Shown: positions 42,800-55,495 of the stretch, in pieces | How positions within the stretch are numbered: the first letter of the stretch is position 1 | How the letters are laid out: each line of letters opens with the position of its first letter | Assembly (NCBI RefSeq): GCF_009914755.1 | Contig: NC_060934.1 | DNA from: the human T2T-CHM13v2.0 reference genome, Homo sapiens | Length of the DNA: 64,000 nucleotides | Reading direction: 5' to 3' (one strand) | Notes under the pieces: generated by a model | What the model saw: only the letters and a program-made list of their open reading frames with translations | Database searches by the model: none | What the model was told of the DNA's origin: nothing | Position numbers and translations under genes: made by a program

Positions 42800-43376
42800 T
42801 CCTTGCAGCACTCTGCAATAGCCAAGACAGGGAATCAGCCTTGGTGGTCACCAGCCGATGGATGGATGAAGAAAACGTGGTGTACATGCACAATGGAATG
42901 CTCTTCAGCCTTTGAAAAGAAGGAAATCCTGTCATTTGCAACAATGTGCATGAGCCTGGAGCAGATTATGCTAAGTGAAACAAACCAAACCTAGAAAGAC
43001 AAATACTGCATGATCTCACTTATAAGTGGAATGTGAAAAAGTTGAACTCAGAAATAGAGAATAGAAAGGTGGTTACCAGAAGCTGGGGAGTTAGGGGACT
43101 GGGGAGATGCTGGTCAAAGGAGGTGAAATTTCAATTAGACAAGAGGATAAGTTCAAGTGATCTATTGTATAAATGTTGACTATAGTTAATAACAATATAT
43201 TGCATATTCGAAAATTCATAACAGACTCGATTTTAAGTGTTCTCACCACAAAAAAATAAGCATGTGAGATAATGCATATGTTGATTACCTTGAGTTAGCC
43301 ATTCCACAATGTATGCATACATCAAAACATGTTGTATACCACAAAAAAAATACAACTTTTACTTGTCAAAAAAAAA
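42800..43376 (+). mobile_element. L1MA-type 3' end
   Basis: aaggaaatcctgtcatttgcaaca...gattttaagtgttctcaccacaaaaaaataag...A-tail. Confidence 0.85.
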
Positions 43377-44189
43377 GGAAAACACTATCTTCCATGGTAG
43401 TCTGAGATTCAGAGATTAGGAAAAGGCACGGAGAAGCAGCCCCACTGCCCTGCTCCCCCAGGGGTGCACAGAATAAGCACAAGCCTGGGTTCACTATCTG
43501 GGTGATCCTGGACAACCACCTCTCTGAGCCTATTTCCTCACCTGCAAAGCAGAGCCAACCCCACCTTCCTCCTAGGAGACCTTAGATCCTTCAGCAAGGG
43601 GCATACATCACAGCTGGCACAGTGCAAAATAGATGTTCAGCGGCTGTCAGCTCCCTTCCAACCTTCTCAACAGCACAGGGAACGCCCCCAAAAGGGCTCT
43701 CAAATGAGCAAATCATCTCTCTTGTTCTAGAGTCTCATCAAGAAGGGAGGTGCCATCCTGACAATCGGGTGACACAATAGAAAACTAAAAAGGTCATCTC
43801 TCCCTTCTGTGATAATGGAAATTCCAAAGTTGTAAAGTGGCTTGAAGGGGAAGGTCTGTCATTGAAAACTCTTTGAGAGGGGAAACAAGTTTCTGCCTCT
43901 AATAAGGGCTGATAGTACCCAGGAGCCTTCTGCTCAGACAGGTTTCAGAACCAGCCACAGAACCACATAACAGCAGATTCAGGAAAGGGAATGGGTGGTC
44001 TGGATGACTCCGTATGGGCACGTTCACATGGTGTGTTCACACATGTGCTGTTTCAGACACAGGGACCTTGAATGAGCCGTACCCACACCCCCTGCCTGGG
44101 GCACTAACAATGGAAGGCTTCGGCTAATCCCACCACATTCCAATTTCCCACCAAGCTCTACTCCTTTCCATTTAAAAAACAAACACAGG

Positions 44190-44700
44190 GAAAAACATTT
44201 TAAATAATCAGGCTGGAAGATCGAGATTAAAAACAATTTAAAATAAACGTCTACTCTGGCACTTTCGAAAAAACACACCACGCTGCATTAAGTGCTTTGA
44301 ATTAAGTAAATTATGCCAAGTAACTAATTTACATAATTATCAAGATTTGCATTTTACACATGTTATGATGAAAATGGGTTTATAAAATAATTCTTCACCA
44401 ACTTCTGTTCCAAGTTGGGTTCCAGTATTTGGATAAAATTCCGCGGTGTTTATCTGCTACTGTCTTTCATGTTTCAAATCTCTGGCTCCTTCAATATTTT
44501 CTTTTAATCTGGCAGGTCCCTTGTTCCCACTGCAATAAATAGTCCCTTTGATTTGCAATTCCCTTCCATCAGCTAAGTGAGATCATATTTTTAAGGAATC
44601 CATAATATGCTAATGATTTTTAGAATTTTCACAAATAAAGTTTGATTTTCCTGTCACCTTTCACTTACGAGGTATTTGGTAATGATTTTAGCAGTTCTTC
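44190..44700. promoter_or_regulatory. Candidate intronic enhancer / conserved non-coding element
   Basis: TAATTTACATAATTA at 44325-44339, ATTTGCAT at 44345-44352, CCTTTGAT at 44545-44552, retained CpGs in AT-rich unique sequence. Motif evidence only. Confidence 0.45.
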
Positions 44701-45257
44701 CTCTATGATTTGCAGGGATGGTTTTCAGAGTCCTGCTGCTTTGATGCCATTTTTTCAGGATGAGGAATTGGCATGGCATTTCCCCACAAGCTTCTTTCCT
44801 GCATCAACAGGCCCCTCGGGGCAGGAGCAAGACCCCAGCTGAAGTCGCCCAGTGAGAGGCTCGCCTCCAGCCCTCAGGTGCTTGGTGCCCTCTCCCTGAG
44901 CTGCTGGATTCTTCAATGCTTCATTTCTTTTCTCCCTCTCTGCGGCTTGTGAGGAAGGCCAACCATACCATGAAAGATGAAAAAACTGAAGGCCAGAGAA
45001 GTTGAGCTCCTCCTTCAGAACACAGAGGAATGACCCACATCATTGCTTTGAGGGAGCTCTGGGTATTTTTCTGGATTCCTCTTTCATTTAAGTAGAGAAG
45101 CAAATCTAGAGAAGTAATTTCCAAGTGTTTGTCCAAACAGCCACATGTGAATTTCCAGGGGCTCCAAAGCTGATGCCTTTGGATTTTGTTAATGCCACAG
45201 CCAGATGACATCTCTCCATGGTATGGCCAAACCAATGATGGCGTAATCGTAACAGCA

Positions 45258-45618
45258 TGCTACAGACTGAATGTTTGTGCTCCCCCAAAATTCATGTGTT
45301 AAAATCCTAACCCTCAAGGTGATGGTATTAGAAGAGGGGGTTTTGGGAGGTAATTAGGGTTATAAGGGCAGAGACCTCCTGGTTGGAATTAGTGGCCTTA
45401 TAAGAAAATAAGAGACTCGAGATCTTTTTCTCTCCACCAGGTGCGCACACTGAGAGAAGATGGCCAACTGCAAACCAGGAAAAGTGCCCTCACAAGACGT
45501 CAGATCCAGCACCTTGATCTTGGACTTCTCAGCCTCCAGACTGTGAAAATTAAATGTGTGTTGTTTAAGCCCCCCAGCATGAGGTATCTTGTTAATGCAG
45601 CCCAAGCTGACTAGCACA
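45258..45618 (+). mobile_element. MLT1A-type solo LTR
   Basis: TG...CA termini, 361 bp, perfect 5-bp TSD CAGCA (45253-45257 and 45619-45623). Confidence 0.9.
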
Positions 45619-47916
45619 CAGCACGTCTTATCCAGGTCTGACTTCTAGCCAGGCACTATGTGAAGTAATTTGCATATACTGTCTCATTTAGTCCCCATGA
45701 CACCCTCATGTCTTGCCCGAGTTTATCTAGCCTAGGAAGGTGCTCAAATCCAGGGCCTCTGACTCCAGAGCCAGAGCTCTTTAGTCTTATTCACCAACAA
45801 GCTGAAGGCACGTGGGAAGGGATGAGAAGGAGGCAGGTTTGCAAACCCCATCATGTTTGCAATGGTCTGGTTTGCAATGCTGAGGTAGGTGCCTGGCACA
45901 CACATTTCCTCTGAGCCTGAGCACCTGTAGGGAATTACCAGAGTATGCCCATTTCACAGATAAGTCACTGGCTCAGAACAGAGCTGGGATCCAACCCTGG
46001 ATCTGTCTACTATAAAGGGCTCTGCTCTCTGTGCACCAAGACACAGCAACTCCCATCCCCACCCCAGACCTATCTAGTGGCCACCGCAGGCATATAGAGC
46101 TCCAGAGAGACCGTGCAGCAGGCTGGTCAAATGCTGGAGTTTGGCATTTAAGAATGGCAAGAGGAAAACATGATGCATGCCATTACCAGCTGTTAATTTG
46201 CAATCAGTATTAATAAGTGACATTACACAGTGAAATGTAGCATCTTCATTAGTTCTGTAAATTATCACTCTGAGTAAAGCCCATTCTACTAGAAAGAGCA
46301 GCCCCAACCGAGTTAACCTGGAAGCAACCTGGGACGGGTTCCCCCTCTGCAGACCTGTCTGAGGGCCACCCAGGGGCTGTCACCCACCCACCCAATGGGA
46401 TCTCCTGATCCCTGGGACCAGCAGTGTCTCGGGATCTGCGCTGGTGGGGAATGTGTGTGGGGCTGCCCTGGTCACTGCCCACAACTCCCACCCTCTCAGT
46501 GACAGGCTGATGGGACTGCCCCACACTATCTTACCCACTCAGGCTTGCTCCAAGCCTATGTCTGGTGCCCAACCAGGCCATGCCCTATCGTGGATACTAG
46601 AGAGAAGGATCAGACCCTGTCCCCAACTTCAAAGGAGCCCAACAGGAAACAGACAAGAAAACAGTGTTTGAGGATGTACTAGGAACAGCAGGGAGTGCAC
46701 GAGAAGGGGTTTGTTTCTCCAGACAGAGGGAAGGTCTCAAGAAAGCCTTCAGAGAGTGGGGAGTTGGAACTTGCAGGATGAAGAGGCATTTTCTGCATGG
46801 ACAAGAGAGGGAGTATTCCAGACCAAGAGGATGTCAGGATCAAAGGCCTCATGGAACCCAACAGCCCAGCTGTAGACCTGTGTGTGGTTCTGTTTGGGTA
46901 TGAGGGGTGTGGGACCTTGTGTGCCCACAGAAGGATAGCCACAGTGGCATTTCTGGGCAGGAGGGATGCCAGAAAACCCTGAGACCAGGGCCTAGGGCCC
47001 AGCCATGCCAAGCCCACCACTCCTGCCCACTGCCTCCTGTCTCTGAGGCAGAGAAAGGATGACAGCAACGGAGACACTGCACTGGAGTGAGCCCTGAAGC
47101 CCCGCTCTGCGCCCGAGAGCCCCCATAGCTGGAGCAGATGCTGCCTAGCTCTCAGGGAGGCCACTTCAGGGCAGGGCTGTGGCTCCCCTGTGGGAGAAAG
47201 AGCCTGGGCTTTGGGGCCTGCCACAGGGGAGGTGGACTCATGGGTAGCCATCTCTGGCCTGGGCACGGCTCTTAAGCTCCCTGAGCCTCAGCCACTGCCT
47301 CTAAATTGGGCAGAGTGAGGCTGTCTAGGGGTAGGACCACTGTGAGGGGCACACAGAAGGACAGACATGAAGCACCTGGGACAGAGCCCGTGTGAGGGGC
47401 AGGCTGCTCGGAACAGCAGCCCATCCTCTCCAGTGCGGCTGCCACCCCTCACCCGCCTGTGCCTTGCCAGCCCTGACAGGGAGGCTTCTGCCTTCACAGC
47501 TTTCCACTGACCTCATGACAAGTGTTCTTTAAATTATGTATTTAATTTACATAATTACTTTCTGATATTTACTCGGGTTTAATTTGTTTCCTCGGGAACC
47601 TGTCTTTGAAGGGACAGTGGCAACCAGAGCCAGAAGTGAAGCCACAGCAAGGGGCCCACAGATGCCACCACCCCTCATTGTGGGCCTCCTGACGCCACTT
47701 CTGCAGAGGAACCTCACTCTGCCTGAGCTCCAGGGTGCCACAGAGCTTCCCGTGCCTGAGCCCAGTGGGTGCCAGGTCAGGTGGCATCTGGGACTCCACC
47801 CCATGCCTGAGTCTGGGTGCAAAGGAAGGCCTCCCTGACTGACACATTCACTCACACACACACGCTCAGGTATTCCAACTCACCAGTGCTCACACTCACC
47901 TGCACTCACACACACT

Positions 47917-48205
47917 CAGTGGGCTGGAGCCCATCCTACCACCTTGCCAGAGCCTATTGTTAAATTTTCAGGAATTTGCAAGCCAGTTATTAAACATAGC
48001 CAGTATGGATTAAATTATATAAACCTATAATTAAATTATATTAACAAACAAAATTGATAAATACACAAAGTTCATCATTCCCTAATTATTTTGCTGCATT
48101 TTACTATTATCTGCGCTCTTGAGGCTATTAATGTCTATCCTATCTGAAACACCAGAAATAATGGGTGTCATTGCTTCCCAATTCCATGTCTAGGGACATC
48201 ATGCT
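47917..48205 (+). mobile_element. MER63-like hAT-Blackjack relic
   Basis: gagcctattgttaaattttcaggaatttgcaagccagtt...ttttactattatctgcgctcttgagg. Confidence 0.7.
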
Positions 48206-49484
48206 GCTCAAGATGGGGCTGGTGGTCAGCAGAGGCCAGGAGCTCTGCAAGAACAGCATGGGGACATGGCTGGATACCCCAGCCCAGGCAGCCAAGCCAT
48301 GCTAGGAGCAACACAGATGGCCCAGGGCCTCTGCAACCCCACAGAGCCCCGCCACCAAAACATGCCTGCTAAGCCCCCAAATTAAAGCCACATCAATATT
48401 AATTAAGAGGCAGGATCTGCAGGCCTAATGGGGCTGCCTACCCATCCATCACAAACTCGTTACCTCCTGCCAGAACCTCTTGGGCCAGATTACAAATGGG
48501 ATGTAGGGTGGGGGCGGGGAGGCAGGGTATTATCTTAAAATATAATTTGAATTTTCCTTCCAAAATACCATCCTCGGGCTGATCCATCACATGCCGCACC
48601 CGCCCAGGCCTGGCACAAGCATGGACTGGACGGTGGAGCCATCCATCACAGGCCGCCGGAAGGCCCTGGAAATGCCAGAGTTGCTCTTGGGCTCCGAGGA
48701 AGGTGCAGACAACTGGACTAATAGTATGATCAATGCCAGTGGGGTGGGGCTGCAACCATGGGAAATACCTGCCCAGACCAACACTGTCCCCTCTCCTCCT
48801 CCCAAGGGTAGATGTCCTTCCTGCCAGGAACGCTGGGTGAGGGGAGTAGGGAAGTGAGCCCCCATTTATGGCTTATGAAGTCCCTTCTTTGCACTGTCCC
48901 ACACTCTCCCCTTCATTTCCTCCTCACAGCAAGCCTACGGGAGCAGGATTTTCATTCCTTCTTTACAGAGGAAAAAACTGGGGCCTAGAGAGCTTCAGGC
49001 ACTCTAGTAACAAGGGCTGAGCCAGGAGGTCTGATTCTGTCCAGCTCTGCCACCTCCAGGAGAGTGATACAACAGAATGTCGAGCCCCAAGGGCCACAGT
49101 CCACACCCTGGTCTCCAGAAGGGCCCCCGGCTTCTTGACCAACCTCCATATCCAAGGGGGTCCATCCCAGCAGGAGCAGGTGTCTCTAGAGAGTGGCTGC
49201 AGATCCTGGGAATCTTTCTCACCACTGCATACTCCCAGGTCCAAGCATGGAGCCTGGCATGCAATAGCAGCTCAGAAAAGTCACATGGAAAAAATGTTCA
49301 AATTAATTACAGAAATGCAATTTCTTGTCCAGGAGTAGAAGCTCGAGTCCAACAGAAGCCCACACCTGAGCTAGGCTGTGCAAACTGAAGAGGAGGAATT
49401 GACAGAGCTGCCATCGTAAGCTGGGCAAGAGCACACACCTCTGCTCGCTGCCACCTCTCCGGGAGCAAAACCAGGGGACACCCC

Positions 49485-49670
49485 AGCAGTGCACCCAGCA
49501 CTGTACCAAGCCCCACACACTCCCCGTCTCATTTACTCACCCCAGCAACCCCAGGAGGGCAGGTCTATTATTATCCCCACTTTACAGATAGCAAAATTGA
49601 GGCTTGGAGAGGTGAGTGCCAATGCCACAATTCAAGTCCAAGTCAGTCTGACTCCAAAGCCCCTGCCCTG
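49485..49670 (-). mobile_element. MIR
   Basis: attatccccactttacagatagcaaaattgaggct...tctgactccaaagccc. Confidence 0.7.
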
Positions 49671-52600
49671 AGTCTTTCTGATATTTAGGAACATGCCTCC
49701 TATACAGAAGCCCCTCATTATTGTTAGCCCCCTTCACCTTCCAGAAAATCCAATAATCAAAAATAAATCCACACTCTGCCAGATGCCCTCTGCCCAGGCC
49801 AGCACCACGGGCTGTATGGCTTGCTGAAGGCTGGGGAAGGCCCTCTGGTGGCCCTGGGTCTGTGCAGCCCCTGCCTGCAGCCAATAGCTGGTGATCACTT
49901 TGGCTGTCGACGGCCAACCTGCCATTCTTCAAGATGTCAACCACACAGCCTCTGCCCGGGACACCAAATGGGCTCTTTCCTAACCCACATCTGCCTTTTT
50001 ATTTTTTTAACCAACTTTGCAAGAGCAACTGAAAGGGCAGATTCAGATTCTGAGTCAGAGTTTTCATTGCAATTATAGTGATTTCCAGTTTAGAGGGAAA
50101 TGAACACCCCAGAAAGCATTTAGAGTTAATCCTACCATTCTGGAATAGCAATAAAACTTCCTGAGGAATAAAATATGAGCAATTCATCACAAGCCCTGTC
50201 ACCAGGATAAAGGGGAGATCCAATTGTCTGTGGGTTAGCACAGGTTCCTGGGGCAATCAGAGGTGTCAGAAGCTCTGGAGGAAGTCCCCCATTCTCGTCT
50301 CCACTCCCCTGCCTTTTTCACTGAATATATACATCAGCCCTAAACGAGGGGACAGGTTAATAGTCCTCAGGACTCTCTAGTGGGTGTAGGGGAATAGGGA
50401 GGGCAGGAGGGAGGAAAGTCATGAATCTCTAGCCGGGGCTGGGCTGTGTGCTTGCCTCCAGGAAGCTCTGAAAATCCACTGGCAGGATACAGGCCTGAGG
50501 AGGATGGGAAGGCAGGGAAACCTCTGAGCAACAGGATGGGTGCAAGGCATCAAGGGTGACCATGCCTGCTGATGGGGAGGACAAAGCCCCCAGACATCCA
50601 AGGCAAGTTCCAGTCCGCAATCTGACCTTCCTAGCTGAGCACTGTCCAGCAAGCAGGCTGGAGAAGGAGTCAGATATAGAGACAGCTGCAACAAGCTGCA
50701 AAATTCGGAACTCCATCCACATGTAAATGGTAGGAGAGCCCAAAAGAATGCCTGGCCTCTAGCGAAGGTGTGAGCAAGGGGAGAAGAGAGGGGCAGCAGA
50801 TGCATGCACAGCTTGTTGCCTGCCCAGCACATCCGTCTTCCTCTGGAAACAGCTCCCTGCTCTTGTTTGGGGGAATGACTCCTTATCCTGCTCCAATCCG
50901 ATTTTATAGCTCTAGTGGGTGCTGCCATCCATGCACCCTGTGCCCCAGGCACTGGCCACAGCTCATTAGTCCAGAAGAGGTCACATGATTCAGGCCCAGC
51001 CTGTCAGAGCCCTTCCCTGATTTTTTTCAAACTGTAACTAAGAGAAGAGGGATGGCGCTCTAGACAAAGCTGGTAGGAGACTCAGGAGGTGAGAGCTGCC
51101 ATGTTTCTTGTCCAATGGGGGAAGCTGGGGTGAGGGAATTGACCGATCTACAGGTGAAGAAAACAAAGGGCCACATTTGGGTCCCTGGTTTGACAAAGCC
51201 AGAGGCTCAGATGGCCCTGGCACTTTAACTAAGGTAGCTCAAGGTGAGTTTCTGTCACCCATTGCCAAAAGAGAACCACAAGAGCAAAAGCACAGAAGCA
51301 AGAAATGTGTGGCTTGTGATTAATGGTGCTATGTGGCAGCAGATGAGGAAGGGAATGTCAGAAGAGACGTCTAGAACAAGTCATGTCCAGGTGATCTCAC
51401 GTCTCAAAGGCCAGCATGATGGGTCTGTACCCTCAGATAGGAGGGATACCCTAAAGTTGTGGAAGGACATAAACAGGGCTGGGCCAACAGAAGTGGTCTG
51501 GAGAGAACAGTGGACAAGAGTGGGAGGTGTGGCAACAGACCAGGCAAGAGAGGATGACAGGCAGGCTCCAAGGGGAGGGGCATCAGGAGTGAATGAGGAT
51601 GAAGGAGAAGAGGCACTCAGGGGAAGAGTGAACAAGCTGACTGTCTGGATGGAGAGAGGGGAAGAAAAGGGAGGCTAGGATGGCTTGGAGGCTTCCTAAC
51701 AGGACCTCTGGAAGCCTGAAGGTGGCAATAGTGAATCCACGAAACAGAGAAGGAGGAACAAGCTTAGGATGGAAGCTACGAGTTCTGATGGGGGCTTGTT
51801 TACTGTGAGGTATTAAAGCACATCTTAATCAGATGCTTGAAAACTTGAGTCCAAACATGATCAGGACTACAGATGTAATTTGCTGTGTCCTCACCACAGA
51901 GGAACAACTGAAGCCACAAATGTGAATGTTGGCCCAGGAAGAGATACAGAGCAAGACAGAATGAGGGCTAAGGACATGGCATGAGACCCAGAAGGCAAAT
52001 GCCCTCCAAGCAGGAAAAGGGGGCATTTCCAGTAAGCAGGGTGGCCAAGACCACTGGGTACTCGGAGGGCTCAAGGGTGATGAGCACAAAACGGTGCTGC
52101 CTATGCCATGCATGCTGGCAAGGCCCCCAGAGAACTTCTAGTGGAGTGACAAATGGAGAAATGTAAAGAAGGGCTTGTATGCCATGCTCAACCTTTTCTC
52201 TCCCTAAACACGTCTCTCCTCCAGGTGCTCACCAGCAGGACCCCTCCCACGGACAGCTTGGAATTGGGAGTATTTCCCAGTAACCTGAGTTCTTAGGCCA
52301 CCTCTGTGGGCCCCATGGAAGAAAGCAGATGGAAAGTCCAGGGAGTGACAGTGAGGTTACCCTAGGGACAACCTGGAATCCTCCTAAATTATAAACGCAA
52401 GTTGACAGCCAACGCAAGTTGAAAGCCAAGAGTCAGTGAAGGTGTTGTCAGCACCCTCTCCATCATTATGCAAAATATAGGAGATAGTAGCCTCCTCGGG
52501 ACTGTCCATAAGTGTGGCTGCCTGAGCTCCGGCTCCAGCTGCTCCCACAGGTGAGCTGTGGTCTCCCTGAAAGGATGTTGAGCCCCTGGAGCATGGAACC

Positions 52601-53425
52601 AGCACAGCCTAGACAATAATCAAGAGGATTTTCATAAACAGCATGAATTCTCAGGATTTTCTGCTGTGTCATTTCATGCCAGACTTGTCCCCCAACGCAG
52701 TGCTTCTGCTCTGACACAGGCCTGCTCACAAGCCTCCAGGGCTCCGGGTCCATGGAAGAATTTCCATTCATCGGCCTGAGACTAAGCACCTTGACAGAGG
52801 GGAAGGGCCTGGCCCTGGGAGTCAGACAGCCCTGGCCCCAGTCTTGGCTTCACCATCCATCAACTAAGGTGCCTCTCACCTCTCTGCACCTTAGTCTCCC
52901 TACCAATGAAAACACTGATTACAATTAAAAGGGGAAATGTATCTCCATTACAGGGCTATTGTGAGAATTAAAGGCCAGGTATTTGTGGAGGTGCCCAGTG
53001 AATTGCAGCTACGATGACCATCATCAGAAATTACTCACTCACCTACTAAGCCACTGGAAGCAGCTGATGTGCCACTTACCTGTCCTGGTTTTCACCAGCA
53101 CCCTGACTCCTGACCTTTCCAAACTCTCTCTGCTCTGTAGGACTCAGCTCCAACCCCACTTGAAAGGGCTCCCAGACCAAAACAAGCACATGTGTGAGGT
53201 CACGGAGGTACCACAGAGATGGGAAATTATTCAAAGAGGCAATCTGGGAGGCCATGGGATGAGTCAGGAGACACTGAAACATGGCTGAGAGGTTTGTGTG
53301 ACCAATGGGAAGCAAAATATGAGCAGATGTCCCCACTCAGACTGTGCACCCTGAGACAGAGTCTGGGTGATCCCACACTATCCAATGTGGCAGCCACAAG
53401 CCACAGGGGGCTTCTGAGCATTTGA

Positions 53426-53777
<352 letters not shown>

Positions 53778-53897
53778 ATTAATTATTTTTATATTAATTA
53801 TATGTTGAAATGACAATAATGGGCTAAAAGAAATATACTAAATTAATTTCACCTTTTACTTTTTAAATTTTAAATTACATATGCGGTTCACACTATA

Positions 53898-54241
53898 CAG
53901 TCATGCACCACAAAATGACATTTCAGTTAACAATGAACGTGGTAATCCCAAAGGTTATAATGGAGCTGAAAAACTTCTATTGCCTGGTGATATCATAGCC
54001 ACAGTAACATCATTACCTTTTCTATATTTGTTTAGATACACAAATACTTGCCACTGTGTTACAGCTGCCTACAGTATTCAGTACAGTAACATGCTGTGCA
54101 GGTTTGTAGCCTAGGAGCAATAGGCTATCCCATATAGTCTAGGTGTATAGGTGGCTGTACCCTCTAGGTCTGTGTAAGTACACAGTAAATACAACAATGA
54201 GCCCACCTAAGATGCACTTCTCATTAAGCAATGCACAACTA
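53898..54241 (+). mobile_element. Tigger3-family element
   Basis: ta|cagtcatgc start, homologous to 9900-10252, TA flanks. Confidence 0.8.
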
Positions 54242-54334
54242 TATTTCTGTTAGAGCTGGGCCAGAGCCTTGTCTGTGCCACAGGACACAGCTTCGCTCAG
54301 CATGCCTGCTCATCATTCATGGGACAGAGGCAGG

Positions 54335-54545
54335 GGGCACAGGGCTAAGTCAGCCAGGGTTCAACACTGGACTCCACCCCTTACCAACCATTTGGCAATG
54401 AACAATTTTAACCTCTCTCTGCCTTTGTTCCTCATCTATAAAATGGGGATGATAACAAAGCCAACCTCAGAGGATTCTTACGAGAATTAAATCTACATTC
54501 AAAGCAGGTAGAATAGTACCTAGCAAGTGGTAAGAGCTGAACTAG
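54335..54545 (+). mobile_element. MIR
   Basis: tttaacctctctgcctttgttcctcatctataaaatggggatgataa. Confidence 0.75.
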
Positions 54546-54549
54546 CTCT

Positions 54550-54696
54550 ATCACCACGACCATCATTATCATCACCTTCACCATCACCTTCATCATCACC
54601 ACCATCATCATCACCACCACTACTACCACCATCATCATAACCATCAACATCACCACCATCAACACCAGCATCATCATCATTATCATCATCATCATC
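54550..54696 (+). repeat. (CAT/CAC)n tract extending from a MIR 3' tail
   Basis: Seen directly. Confidence 0.9.
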
Positions 54697-55274
54697 GTGT
54701 GAGCCAAAGCACAACTGTCCATGCCATACCTCCAGAACACCAAGCCCTCAACTGGGGGATTAAGCCAGGATGGGTCTGATTTCTACACAAAGGAGCCACC
54801 CATAGATGTGTATGCTATGCTTGGTCTTGCCAAAGCCACAGCTGAGTCCTAAGGCATCCTGCAAATGCTCACTGTGTGCCTGTCCTCCCTCCTGCTGCAT
54901 GCACCTCACCAAAGCACAAATTTCATTTCAACCATGTAGAATTCCCAGTTCAGTCCAGATCACCTATTCTTCCCCTCCCCTCCCAGCTGCCATGCCTCCT
55001 GCAGACCAACTAGCTAGCATCGCCACTCTGGAGTAACTCTTTAGGACCAGTGACATCAGGAGTTTGCAGAATTATGCCAACAAAAAGAAAGTTCACTATG
55101 TACTTTCTGGCATTCAGAGTGGAGGGGAAGAAGGAGGCATGGTCAACAAAGGGTCAGGAGGCTGAATGGCCAGAAGCCAGCAACCTGCTGGTGGTCACCA
55201 TTTTCAGACCCAAGTGCCTGCCCAGACATGCTGAGCAGAAAGAAGCTCATCATCAGCAACCCCCAGTGCCATAG

Positions 55275-55495
55275 GAAGAAGGCCACAGCATGTGCTGAGG
55301 GCCTATGATGTGCCAGGAACCATGTGCTCCCTCATATAGTCCTTGCAAGAGTCCTTCCAGGGGGGAATAATAACCCCATTTTTACAGATCAGTAGCCTAA
55401 GGCTCAAAGATGTGAAGTGACTTGCTCAGGGTCACACAGGGTATAAGCGGTAAAGCAGGGAATGGAGTCTAGGAGACTCCAGCCCAAAAGCTGTT
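55275..55495 (-). mobile_element. MIR
   Basis: cccatttttacagat...gaagtgacttgctcagggtcacacag. Confidence 0.7.

Noticed and set aside
52394-52427. 17-bp tandem duplication aacgcaagttga(c/a)agcc
   Set aside because: Ordinary micro-duplication with no recognisable motif.
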